In this document: piece after piece, positions 1 through 8,608 of the stretch | Layout of the letters: the number at the start of each line of letters is the position of its first letter | How positions within the stretch are numbered: the stretch's first letter is position 1 | IMG/VR virus record: IMGVR_UViG_3300042326_001226 | Location: 1 to 33,227 of that record | DNA: 33,227 bases | Direction: 5' to 3' (one strand) | Source: a virus | Lineage: Duplodnaviria > Caudoviricetes | Notes under the pieces: model-generated | What the model saw: only the letters and a program-made list of their open reading frames with translations | Told to the model about the DNA's origin: nothing | Database searches by the model: none | Translations under genes and position numbers: made by a program

Positions 1-369
1 TCGCTCCTGCTAGTTGCTACCGCGTTCGCCCAGACGAGCGATTTGCTGACCGTCAATGTCGGACAACAGATGGCGTTCTCGGCCACCGCTGAGGGCACGA
101 CGCCATTCACTTGGCAATGGCTCAAAAACGGCGTGGCGATTGCCGGCGCCACTAATGCCAGCTACACCATCGCGTCTGCCGCGACCACCGACTCCGGCAC
201 CTATCGGGCCCGCGCAACCAACTCGGCCGGCAACGCCGAATCAAACGCGCTCACGATCAACGTCGTCGTGCCGGTGATCGCGCCCAAAAACGTCGTGGCG
301 AGTGTGGTTGTGACGACCCCCACGCAGGGGGGCAATTCTGGCAACAAGCCCCGCGCTCCGCGTGATTGA
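1..369 (+). CDS. Immunoglobulin (I-set-like) domain protein, 5'-truncated, probable signal peptide
   Basis: Frame is open from base 1 (SLLLVATAFAQTSDLLTV...). Ig signature FTWQWLKNGVAIAGATNASYTI...DSGTYRARATNSAG. The hydrophobic stretch ending AFA-Q resembles a signal peptidase I site. Confidence 0.8.
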   Translation, partial: SLLLVATAFAQTSDLLTVNVGQQMAFSATAEGTTPFTWQWLKNGVAIAGATNASYTIASAATTDSGTYRARATNSAGNAESNALTINVVVPVIAPKNVVASVVVTTPTQGGNSGNKPRAPRD

Positions 370-589
370 GCTAGCCTCCCTCATCGCAGCCCTAGGAAAG
401 GCCATTCCTTTCATTTCTAGGCTACTTACCGAGGTGGAGCGTATCAGGGTAGCCCAAACCCACAATGCCATCGATAAAGCCATTGCAGAGGCCCGCCAAG
501 GGCCTTCTGTGTGCCCTAGCCCTTCTTGCCCTCTCCGGGTGCTATACGACGGGGCAGGTGGACAGGTTCCTGAAGCACCCCGAGTTTAA
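362..589 (+). CDS. Putative inner-membrane spanin (Rz-like)
   Basis: N-terminal hydrophobic/amphipathic segment, helical middle and CPSPSC motif. A lipoprotein ORF starts inside it in another frame, and a holin-like gene follows. Confidence 0.5.
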   Translation: MIELASLIAALGKAIPFISRLLTEVERIRVAQTHNAIDKAIAEARQGPSVCPSPSCPLRVLYDGAGGQVPEAPRV

Positions 590-668
590 GGCGGCGGCTC
601 AGTTTGCCCCCAACTTCACCTCGGAAGTCCTTCACGCTTTGGCAGAAGCGGAGAAAAAGTCGTGGTAG
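465..668 (+). CDS. Putative outer-membrane lipoprotein spanin (Rz1-like)
   Basis: Basic N-terminus, hydrophobic LLCALALLA and lipobox LSG-C. Overlaps 362-589 by 125 nt, as in overlapped spanin pairs. Confidence 0.6.
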   Translation: MPSIKPLQRPAKGLLCALALLALSGCYTTGQVDRFLKHPEFKAAAQFAPNFTSEVLHALAEAEKKSW

Positions 669-678
669 GATAGGCCAG

Positions 679-825
679 ATGCTCCAAGCCAAGGACTACA
701 TCGTTGCCGGGACACCCGCTGTGGCGTCCATCACCCTCTCTCAGGTGAATCAAGTGGCGGCTCTCGTGGGCACCCTTCTTGGAATTGCATACCTACTCTG
801 GAAATGGCGGAGGGAGGCCAAGTGA
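679..825 (+). CDS. Holin-like small membrane protein (48 aa)
   Basis: ATG at 679 after AGGATAGG. MLQAKDYIVAGTPAVASITLSQVNQVAALVGTLLGIAYLLWKWRREAK has a TM helix and a basic C-tail, and lies next to the spanin-like genes. Confidence 0.5.
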   Translation: MLQAKDYIVAGTPAVASITLSQVNQVAALVGTLLGIAYLLWKWRREAK

Positions 826-1073
826 AGAAGGCGGATATGCCCTGCAACCAGCCGATGAAGAGCTGGAGGGCGGGGAAGAAGAAGGTGGTTAAGGCTTGTG
901 CGAATGGACAGGAGAGGATCGTCCATTTCGGTGATAGCTCGATGAAGGACTTTACCCAGCATCGTTCCAAGGAGCGCCGTAAGTCCTATTGCGCCCGTTC
1001 CGGTGGGATTAAGGGCGGGGAAGGCAAGCTCTCGGCCAACTACTGGGCCCGCAAGGTGCTGTGGTCCTGCTAG
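822..1073 (+). CDS. Small basic viral protein, DUF5754-like
   Basis: GTG start overlaps the previous stop (GTGA) with GGAGG upstream. Motifs IVHFGDSSMKDFTQH, RRKSYCAR and SANYWARKVLW recall a widespread viral family (assignment from memory). Confidence 0.65.
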   Translation: MKKADMPCNQPMKSWRAGKKKVVKACANGQERIVHFGDSSMKDFTQHRSKERRKSYCARSGGIKGGEGKLSANYWARKVLWSC

Positions 1074-1076
1074 CTT

Positions 1077-1094
1077 CCTCCCCTAGCGGGGAGG
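1077..1094 (+). promoter_or_regulatory. GC-rich intergenic hairpin
   Basis: CCTCCCC-TAGC-GGGGAGG directly after the stop at 1073. It has no U-tract, so it is not a clear terminator. Confidence 0.35.
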
Positions 1095-1130
1095 TGGAGG
1101 GGAAACTCAATTTCAGTCAAACTAATTCCT

Positions 1131-1271
1131 ATGAGCAAATCAGGCGAGCGTTACAAGACCAAGAAGGATAAGATGATGCACGAAAAGGGAGGGGGCAAGA
1201 AGGGGCGTATGCTGGAGTACGGGTCGATGAAGACCAAGAACCACGGCACGACCCGCAAGGCTTGCAGCTAA
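1131..1271 (+). CDS. Small Lys-rich protein (46 aa), absent from the ORF track
   Basis: Translated by hand: MSKSGERYKTKKDKMMHEKGGGKKGRMLEYGSMKTKNHGTTRKACS*. Has an A/T-rich leader (AACTAATTCCT-ATG) and fills the gap on the operon strand. Confidence 0.6.
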   Translation: MSKSGERYKTKKDKMMHEKGGGKKGRMLEYGSMKTKNHGTTRKACS

Positions 1272-1300
1272 GGAAGCTGCGGTAGTGGTAGGATAGGCGT

Positions 1301-2065
1301 ATGCCTGTCCTGTCCACAGTTGGTGCTGCCTCTTTGCGGGCGTTTGGGGCCTTCCGTCAGGGGACGGTGGCGTTCAACTTCATCTCGGCTACGGGCGGCA
1401 CGGTTTACGTTGATCCGACCAACGCAGACTACAAGATTCACCAGTTTACGTCGGATGGCACCTTTGCCATCGCCGGGGCCCCGGACAACCCGTCTATTGA
1501 GGTAATGATGGTTGGCGGCGGCGGAAGTGGCTCGTATGGCGGCGGTGGTGCTGGTGGCTACGTCTACAGGTCTTCCTTCACCGTTTCCGTAGGGTCGTTT
1601 AGCGTTGTGGTTGGCGCTGGCGGCGGGGGAAATGGAGGAGACACCACGTTTGCCGGTTTAGTTGCGCTTGGCGGTGGTGCCGGAAATGAACAGTCAGGCG
1701 GCAGCGGCGGTGGCGGTGTTGACAGCAATGGCGGCGCTGGCTTGCAGCCTACTTCAGCTACCGGCGGATTTGGCAACAAGGGTGGGAATTGGACCTCTTC
1801 TGGCAATGACGGCGGTGGTGGCGGTGCTGGCAGCGAGGGCTCTATGCCAACTGGTGGAAGCGGTCGGACGGCTGATATCATTTCCTCCACGGGGACTTAC
1901 GCTACGTTTGCTGCTGGCGGCACGGGCAACGTAAACAGCACTTCTAGTGCATCTCCTGCTGTGGTAGCCAACTCTGGCAACGGCGGTTGGGGCGGTGGCT
2001 ACAACGGGGTGTCCTTTGGCAGCGGTCAGGCTGGCATTGTCCGCTTGCGCTACAAATTCCAATAA
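1301..2065 (+). CDS. Glycine-rich virion/tail-associated protein
   Basis: ATGGT...YKIHQFTSDGTF...VMMVGGGGSG...GGGGAGG...GSGQAGIVRLRY follows the pattern of the phage glycine-rich domain. Confidence 0.75.
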   Translation: MPVLSTVGAASLRAFGAFRQGTVAFNFISATGGTVYVDPTNADYKIHQFTSDGTFAIAGAPDNPSIEVMMVGGGGSGSYGGGGAGGYVYRSSFTVSVGSFSVVVGAGGGGNGGDTTFAGLVALGGGAGNEQSGGSGGGGVDSNGGAGLQPTSATGGFGNKGGNWTSSGNDGGGGGAGSEGSMPTGGSGRTADIISSTGTYATFAAGGTGNVNSTSSASPAVVANSGNGGWGGGYNGVSFGSGQAGIVRLRYKFQ

Positions 2066-4242
2066 TGGCACGCTATTCCAAGTTTGGCGCCCTCGACTCG
2101 GCCATTGTTGACGATGGCGACGTAGGCTTCACGAAGGTGAACAACCGCCTGCGCCCAGACCAGCTCAAGGCTGGCGAGGTGGCAGAAAGCTACAACGGGC
2201 GGATGGACATCGAGGGGGCTTGGCAGACCCGCAAGGGGCTGGAAACCTTTGGTCCCACCCTGACGGCAAACACGGAGTCTATCCGGCTGGTTAGCCCTCC
2301 GGTGTGGTATCTCTACGCCACGGCCAGCATCTCCTCGGCTAGCCGGTCTGGCACCACCGTAACGGTGAATACGGCCACGAACGCCTTCGTGACCAACACG
2401 CTGGTGAACATTGCCGGGGTGAGCGGCACGATAGACCCCACGGGTAACCGGGTAATTACGGTGGTGAGTACCACCCAGTTCACGTTCACAATCCCCGGGG
2501 CCACGGGCAGCGAGACGTACACGGTGAGCTCTGGTGTGGCTGGCCCGGCCAAACTGACGGCTACGCAAACGACTGGCGTATACGGCTCCTGCCTGTTCTC
2601 CGACCCGGCCAGCCAGAACGCCAACTACATCATCCGCGCCACCAACCAGAACGCCATTGCCACCCCGGCTAGCGGCGGGGCGTCCACAACGATCTCCTAC
2701 CCTGCTGGGGTGTCCATCTCTGCGGATGTCGAGCTTCTGCAATGCTTCGACAAGGTGATTATGTTCCGCGAGGGACAAGCGGCGCTGGAGTGGAACGGAA
2801 GCCTGACGGGCAGCCCTGCCTTCACGGCTGTGGATAGCGGCGTGTACACTCAACCCGTCTACTTCGACGCAGCCGGGAATGCCTCCATCACGGACGGCAT
2901 AGTCACTATCACGGCCAATTCGCACGGACTGGCGGTTGGGGACAAGGTGTACGTCATCGACCGGGCGTCCTCCGAGCTTCAGGAAGGAGACTTTCCGTAC
3001 ACGGTGAGCGATGTGCCCACGGCCAACAGCTTCAAGTTCCTTGGGCAAGTGCCGGACATTGCCTCTGACCGCATCGTGGTGTCGAAGAAGATAAGCTCTG
3101 GCAAGGGCTTCATCCATATGCCTGCACCGGGCTGGGGTTACTACCACCAGCGGCGCCTGTGGGTGCCGTATTGGTACGAGCCGGGTGCAGGGTCTTACAC
3201 CGACAGGAATGTCAGGGACGAAATCATCGCCTCCGACATTCTGGATAGCGACACCTACGACCGCATCCAGAACCAGTATCGGATTACGGCTGGCGTGGCC
3301 GACTATGTGGTTGGGCTCCAGGCCTTTGCCGAGGACAACCTTCTGGTCTTCAACCGCAATTCCATCCATCTGGTGAGGGGAATCAGCGGGTCGGTGGCAG
3401 ACACCTCCGTGCAGATGGTGACATCTGAGGTGGGGTGCGTGGCCCGCCGATCCATCCTCCAGATTGGGAATCAGGTGCTATTCCTCTCCGACAACGGAGT
3501 GTACGCAGCCGCATTTGGCGACCTCTACAATCTCAGAGGTGCTGGCGTCCCGTTGTCGGAGCCTATTGCAGCCACCATCCAGCGCATCAACAAGGACTAC
3601 GCCAACAAGGCCGTAGCCGCCTACTTCGACAACCGCTACTACCTTGCGGTGCCGCTGGATGCGTCCACGGTGAACAACGCCATCCTCATCTACAACTTCC
3701 TTAACGGAGGCTGGGAGTCGCTGGATATGACCGGCCAGACGGGCTGGAGCATCAGCAATTTTGTGGTTGCGGAGAACAGCGGGTTTGCCTCGCTCTACAC
3801 CATCAGCCCCAGCGGTTCTATTCACAAGGTGGACGGGCGGGAGGACGGCAATGATCGCCTGTCCCTCTTTGCCGGTGTTCCTGCCGCAATCTACCCAATC
3901 GGAAGCAATGTCACCACTCGCCAGTATTCCTATGGAACGATGGACCGCAAGAAGTTCAATTCGTATGAACTACACATTGAGTCGTCGTCGTCGGAATCGT
4001 CGAATTCTACGATTTATGCGGAAGTGGAAAATCCAGATAGCAGCACTTTTCTGGGGTTCCTGTCCTCTATTCTTGGCTCCAATCTGGCGGTAGGCGAAGA
4101 TGCCTCCGTGCGTGGTAGAATTGGCAACAAGCGCGGCTATGGCATCCAGATGACGGTGGCCCCTACCAATGGGCGACCGAAGTTGAGGGCCGTAAAGGTG
4201 CAGGCGATGATCACCGACCCAACCATCTCTCAAGCTTCCTAA
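2065..4242 (+). CDS. Tail tubular/nozzle-type protein (T7 gp12 / P22 gp10-like position), 725 aa
   Basis: ATG at 2065 overlaps the previous stop (TAATG). Beta-rich, with GCVARRSI, VLFLSDNGVY and YFDNRYYLAVP motifs typical of podovirus nozzle proteins. Precedes the internal virion genes. Confidence 0.7.
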   Translation: MARYSKFGALDSAIVDDGDVGFTKVNNRLRPDQLKAGEVAESYNGRMDIEGAWQTRKGLETFGPTLTANTESIRLVSPPVWYLYATASISSASRSGTTVTVNTATNAFVTNTLVNIAGVSGTIDPTGNRVITVVSTTQFTFTIPGATGSETYTVSSGVAGPAKLTATQTTGVYGSCLFSDPASQNANYIIRATNQNAIATPASGGASTTISYPAGVSISADVELLQCFDKVIMFREGQAALEWNGSLTGSPAFTAVDSGVYTQPVYFDAAGNASITDGIVTITANSHGLAVGDKVYVIDRASSELQEGDFPYTVSDVPTANSFKFLGQVPDIASDRIVVSKKISSGKGFIHMPAPGWGYYHQRRLWVPYWYEPGAGSYTDRNVRDEIIASDILDSDTYDRIQNQYRITAGVADYVVGLQAFAEDNLLVFNRNSIHLVRGISGSVADTSVQMVTSEVGCVARRSILQIGNQVLFLSDNGVYAAAFGDLYNLRGAGVPLSEPIAATIQRINKDYANKAVAAYFDNRYYLAVPLDASTVNNAILIYNFLNGGWESLDMTGQTGWSISNFVVAENSGFASLYTISPSGSIHKVDGREDGNDRLSLFAGVPAAIYPIGSNVTTRQYSYGTMDRKKFNSYELHIESSSSESSNSTIYAEVENPDSSTFLGFLSSILGSNLAVGEDASVRGRIGNKRGYGIQMTVAPTNGRPKLRAVKVQAMITDPTISQAS

Positions 4243-4243
4243 T

Positions 4244-4939
4244 ATGTCCGTCCTGTCCAAAGGCACCACTTTTGCCACGGGCGATGCCCCTACGGCTACC
4301 ACGCTTAACAATCTGGTGGATAACGCCACCTTTACGTCGGCAGCGGTGGACGAGGCGACGACCACTATTTCAGGCGTAGCGATCATTGTTAGAGATGGTG
4401 GAATCACCCCTGCCAAGCTGTCTGCTGGTGGCCCTTCTTGGACAGGGGGAGGGGCTCTAACGGCCACCTCCATCCAGAACACCTCTATTGGCACTTCTAC
4501 GGCCTCTTCCGGCGCGTTTACGACGCTTTCTGCGTCTGGCACCACCTCCATCTACGAAGTGCTGGAAAAGGCGTCTATTTCGGCTACTTCGCTTACGGGG
4601 ACTGTTAACTTCAATGCTCTGGATGGTGCGGTGCTGTATTGCACCTCAAATGCATCTGGGGATTGGACGCTGAACGTTCGAGGGGATAGCGGAAATACCC
4701 TGAACAGCGTGATGGCGACGGGGGACAGCCTTAGTTTGGCCATTCTGGTTACTCAGGGAGCCACGGCCTACCGCCAGCAAACTTTCCAAATTGACGGGTC
4801 TGCCGTAGTGCCGAAGTGGGCTGGTGGCACGGCTCCGGGTGCTGGCAACGCCAATAGTGTAGACGCCTACACCATCACCATCTTCAAGACGGCTTCGGCT
4901 ACCTTCACCGTCTTCGCTAGCCAGACTAAATTCGCCTAA
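4244..4939 (+). CDS. Virion structural protein (tail fibre/spike-like)
   Basis: T/S/A/G-rich. N-terminal TATTLNNLV anchor-like motif, DGGITPAKL motif, and a C-terminal beta domain (KWAGGTAP...VDAYTITIFKT). Confidence 0.6.
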   Translation: MSVLSKGTTFATGDAPTATTLNNLVDNATFTSAAVDEATTTISGVAIIVRDGGITPAKLSAGGPSWTGGGALTATSIQNTSIGTSTASSGAFTTLSASGTTSIYEVLEKASISATSLTGTVNFNALDGAVLYCTSNASGDWTLNVRGDSGNTLNSVMATGDSLSLAILVTQGATAYRQQTFQIDGSAVVPKWAGGTAPGAGNANSVDAYTITIFKTASATFTVFASQTKFA

Positions 4940-6924
4940 TGCTTCCCCTACTTGCCGCCGCCATACCCTCCGTCATTAGCGCAGGGGTCAACCTCATCGG
5001 GGCCAATCAGTCCAAGAAGGCCGGTCAATTCACCCCTCCCCCTGCGCCTAGGCCAGTAGACCCGGGTGAGGCGATGGGCTCGTACATCACGGCTGTTACC
5101 AACCCGGCCCTTCAGGGGAACATCATTGGCGCTGAGGGAACCTATCGCCCCCAGTACATGGGGCTATCCCAGCGCGATCTCCAGAACGCGATGTTGGGCG
5201 TAGCGCCGGGCACCGAGGGCGGGTTCTACGGTACGTTGGACCTGCTTGGGATGTCTTCCGACCGGATGGCAGAGCTTAACCAGCGCCTAGCCACCCAGAA
5301 CACCCAGTTCGTAATTGACCAGACCAAGGCCTATGGGCCTGCGGCTACAGCCGCCTACATGGCCGCTAATCCGCAGGCGGCTGCGGCGATGGAGGCTGCC
5401 AGCGCCCTTGGCGGGCGTCAGATGAGTGGTTACCTAAACGAGATGGGGCGGCTTGCAATGCAGACTCCCGAAAGGATGTCTATTAACCCATTCGCAGCCC
5501 CCGGTGGGTCCATTTATGGCGACGCCCAAGAACAAGCCCAGCGGGCTTTGGGCGCAGCCCAGCAGAACGCAATGGCAGGCGGGCAAACTGCTATGGCCGG
5601 TCAGGGCGTCAGCCCTGAGCTTCAGGCGCGTATGCAGGGTCTGGTCGCTGGTGCCCGAGCTGCCGATGCCGGAGGTATGCCGCAAGTTGGTATGCCGGGT
5701 GCGGTCCGGGCCGATCAGGTTACTTCTGGCGGCGTTCTGACTCCTGAGCGGGTGGCGGCTGAAAGGGTAGCCGCCGAAAGGGTTCGCGCAGGTCAGGTTC
5801 AGGCTGGAACCATTGGCGCTGGCGCTCTTGGGGAATCTCTCTACCAGCAGGCTCTTCAGGGCCAGCAGCTCAGCCCCCTATCGCAGGCACTTCAGCAGCA
5901 GGGTATGGCTCGGGCGGCTACCCCGGGCCAACTCTCACCCGAGGAAATCCGTGCGGCTACGCAGGGTTCGCGTGAGGGCTATGCCAGTTCTGGCCGACTG
6001 ATGGACAATGCCTCCATCACGGGTGAGGCCCTTGCCCGTGCAGGTGCGGCCCGTGAGCGTTCTGCTCAGGACATTGCGATGGCGCAGCAGATCAACCAGC
6101 AGCTCCTTGGGGCCCAGCAGATGGGCCAGCAGCTTGCCACGGACGTTCTTCGCACAGACATCCAACGCCAACAGGCCAACGTGGGCAACCAGCTTCAGGC
6201 TGGTCAGTTCAACGTGGACGCTATGCTGCGGGGCGACTTGGCCAACCAGCAGACCAACCTTCAGGCCAATCTGGCCAATCAGGATGCGTTCCTGCGGGCG
6301 TCACTTGCCAATCAGCAAGCCGGGATGCAGGCCGGTCAGTTCAACATCCAGAACGCTCAGGATGTGCAGCGTCTTAATCAGGCCGCCAACCTTCAAGCCT
6401 CATTGGCCAATCAAGCCAATCAGCAGCGGGGGTATGAGTTTGTCACCGGCACCAACCTTCAAGCCCAGCTTGCCAATCGGCAGTTTGGCTTGGATGAGCT
6501 CACGGCTCGCTTCAATCGCCTCGGCCAGACCACCGGAGTGGAGCAGTCGATGCTTAACGCCGACCGTGGCTACGCTCAGACGCTGGCGAATATGTATTCT
6601 GGCATCACTCCTGCCGCCCTCAACTTGGCTGGCTTGGGCCAGAACGCGGCCGCAATCGGCCTTGGCGGGATGGCTTACACGGCTGGAACTCAGGCGGCTG
6701 GCAATGTCACGCCATCCCTGTTCAATCCTGACGCAGGGGTAAATCTGGCATTGGCCAATGCGGCCAATCAGGCTGGCTACAACGCGGCTGTTGCCGGGGC
6801 TCAGGGCGCTGCTGCTGGGGCCAATGCTACGGCTACGGCTGGGCTTTATGGCAACTTGGCCAAGACCGCTGGCAATGTGGCTGGCAATGTAAACTGGGGC
6901 AAAATCTTGGGAGGAGGGGGCTAA
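4939..6924 (+). CDS. Internal virion / DNA ejection (pilot-like) protein
   Basis: A/G/Q/N-rich, hydrophobic Gly/Ala-rich N-terminus and 11-aa repeats. First of three large genes after the tail genes. Confidence 0.6.
   Translation: MLPLLAAAIPSVISAGVNLIGANQSKKAGQFTPPPAPRPVDPGEAMGSYITAVTNPALQGNIIGAEGTYRPQYMGLSQRDLQNAMLGVAPGTEGGFYGTLDLLGMSSDRMAELNQRLATQNTQFVIDQTKAYGPAATAAYMAANPQAAAAMEAASALGGRQMSGYLNEMGRLAMQTPERMSINPFAAPGGSIYGDAQEQAQRALGAAQQNAMAGGQTAMAGQGVSPELQARMQGLVAGARAADAGGMPQVGMPGAVRADQVTSGGVLTPERVAAERVAAERVRAGQVQAGTIGAGALGESLYQQALQGQQLSPLSQALQQQGMARAATPGQLSPEEIRAATQGSREGYASSGRLMDNASITGEALARAGAARERSAQDIAMAQQINQQLLGAQQMGQQLATDVLRTDIQRQQANVGNQLQAGQFNVDAMLRGDLANQQTNLQANLANQDAFLRASLANQQAGMQAGQFNIQNAQDVQRLNQAANLQASLANQANQQRGYEFVTGTNLQAQLANRQFGLDELTARFNRLGQTTGVEQSMLNADRGYAQTLANMYSGITPAALNLAGLGQNAAAIGLGGMAYTAGTQAAGNVTPSLFNPDAGVNLALANAANQAGYNAAVAGAQGAAAGANATATAGLYGNLAKTAGNVAGNVNWGKILGGGG
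6175..6504 (+). repeat. Ten tandem 11-aa (33-nt) coding repeats
   Basis: ANVGNQLQAGQ/FNVDAMLRGDL/ANQQTNLQANL/ANQDAFLRASL/ANQQAGMQAGQ/FNIQNAQDVQR/LNQAANLQASL/ANQANQQRGYE/FVTGTNLQAQL/ANRQFGLDELT. Confidence 0.85.
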
Positions 6925-6927
6925 ACA

Positions 6928-8583
6928 ATGGCTGCTTTCGGAACTCAAATCAACCCTGCCCTAGGGCGGATCGACTACAGCCCCTTCCTGCAAGGGGCCC
7001 AGATGGCCGCTGCTGGACGCCAGCGCGGCACGGAGATGCTCCAACAGGGCATCTCTCAGGGCTTTGAGGACTACCTCAAGAAGCGGGAGCAGAACGCCAT
7101 CCTTGAGGGCAGGAACAATGCCCTGCTGCGAGACATCTCAAGGGACCCCGAGCTATCCTCCGTCCCTGAGATTCAGAAATACACGGCCAAGATGGCCAAG
7201 GGTGGCGGGCTTACGCTCAACGACAACATCAAGCTGAATGCCGAGCTCACCACGGCAGTGGAGGCTACCAAGGCTCGCCGCGATGAGAAGCGCCAACAGG
7301 AATACCTAGCCATCCAGAAGCAGCAGGCCGAAATCGCCAATGCGCGTGCAGCCCGAGAGAAGGCCGAAGCTGCCCGCACCCTGAAGGTGCAGCAGTCGTT
7401 CATCGACATTGCCAAGAACAGTCCAGACACGCTGAAGAACCCCAAGGAGGCGTTTTTTGCCGCAGTTAGCTCTGGCGCTTCAGTTCCAGAGGCCATTCAA
7501 CTGTCCAACTGGTCAGGTAGCCAGCAGGATGCTGAGCTAGCCCTAGCCGAACGCAATATGGCCTTCACCGAGCGGGCCTTGAGCATCGCTGAGAAGGTGC
7601 GCAACGGAGAGAACGTAGACAAGGAGCCCAACGTTCAGGTCGTCACACAGAATGGCGTTAAGGCCGTCATTGTCAGGGATCAGTTCAACAAGATTGTGGC
7701 CACTCAGATAGTCGGCCCAGACAAGTTGGATAAGGGTGGGCAGATTGCCGCCATCGCAAAGGACTACTGGGCCGCCAAGGGCCAAGGCGATCCGGTTGGA
7801 ATTGATACTGCGCTAGAGAACTATCGAGCTGCTGTTGGTGGGCGAGATGGCCCGTTGATGAGCCGAAATCAGCTTATTGAAGGCGTAGAGGGATTCGGCA
7901 AGGGCGGCAAGCTTGAGGTGACTGGCCTGAAGCGCAAGGAGGAGTCCCCTTCCCCTAGTGCTGAGGACAAGACGGTCACCCAATCGCCCAATCCGTCGCA
8001 AGCGGCCAGTTCTATGTCGCTTGGTGGTGGCTATCAGCCTTTGGCCAATGCGTCGGCCTTTCAGAGCCCTGCGGCCTCTATGGGCCAGCCTGCTGCTCAG
8101 GCTACGTCGCAGGCCCCGGCCACCCCCGCCGCCACCCGTCCTCCCGTGCAGGACATTGTTATTCCCACTCCTGCGCAGGACATCGTCATTCCTCCTAGCC
8201 TGCCCACTCAGGACATCATTCTGGATGAGGGCACGCTCAAGGGAGGCGCCACCGAAGAGCTTCCCAAGCCGGGGCAGAAATACATCACGGGCAAGCAGTA
8301 TCAGACCCTGAAGAAGATGGAGGAGGAGCTCAATCTGAGTAAGAACAGGTTGAAGCTCCTTGAGCCAAAGGCCAAGGACACCGCCGAGACTCTGGCGCTG
8401 AAGAAGATCATTCCCTACCTGCCCAACAAGGCCCTGTCTGAACGCCTGCTCAAGGAGCTATCGGAGGGCAAGCAGCCCAGCCTGAGCCTTCTCAACAAGG
8501 ACCCGTTCGCCCGTTCGATGCTCGCTGCGGCCAAGGAGGGCCGTCTTCCCCAGTTGAATATGGCTGCTATCGGTCGCAGCTAA
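6928..8583 (+). CDS. Internal virion / ejection protein
   Basis: 551 aa with a helical/coiled-coil N-half and a P/S/A/Q-rich linker containing three QDI(V/I)(I/L) repeats. Lies between the pilot-like and large internal genes. Confidence 0.55.
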   Translation: MAAFGTQINPALGRIDYSPFLQGAQMAAAGRQRGTEMLQQGISQGFEDYLKKREQNAILEGRNNALLRDISRDPELSSVPEIQKYTAKMAKGGGLTLNDNIKLNAELTTAVEATKARRDEKRQQEYLAIQKQQAEIANARAAREKAEAARTLKVQQSFIDIAKNSPDTLKNPKEAFFAAVSSGASVPEAIQLSNWSGSQQDAELALAERNMAFTERALSIAEKVRNGENVDKEPNVQVVTQNGVKAVIVRDQFNKIVATQIVGPDKLDKGGQIAAIAKDYWAAKGQGDPVGIDTALENYRAAVGGRDGPLMSRNQLIEGVEGFGKGGKLEVTGLKRKEESPSPSAEDKTVTQSPNPSQAASSMSLGGGYQPLANASAFQSPAASMGQPAAQATSQAPATPAATRPPVQDIVIPTPAQDIVIPPSLPTQDIILDEGTLKGGATEELPKPGQKYITGKQYQTLKKMEEELNLSKNRLKLLEPKAKDTAETLALKKIIPYLPNKALSERLLKELSEGKQPSLSLLNKDPFARSMLAAAKEGRLPQLNMAAIGRS

Positions 8584-8608
8584 CGGGGTGGGGTGGTAGA
8601 ATCACCCT

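Noticed and set aside
2050-3369. 439-aa - strand ORF
   Set aside because: Antisense shadow of the tail gene, expected from GC-rich codon bias; no motifs.
6008-6742. 244-aa alternative + frame ORF
   Set aside because: S/R/P/W-rich off-frame reading of the repeat region, with no start context.
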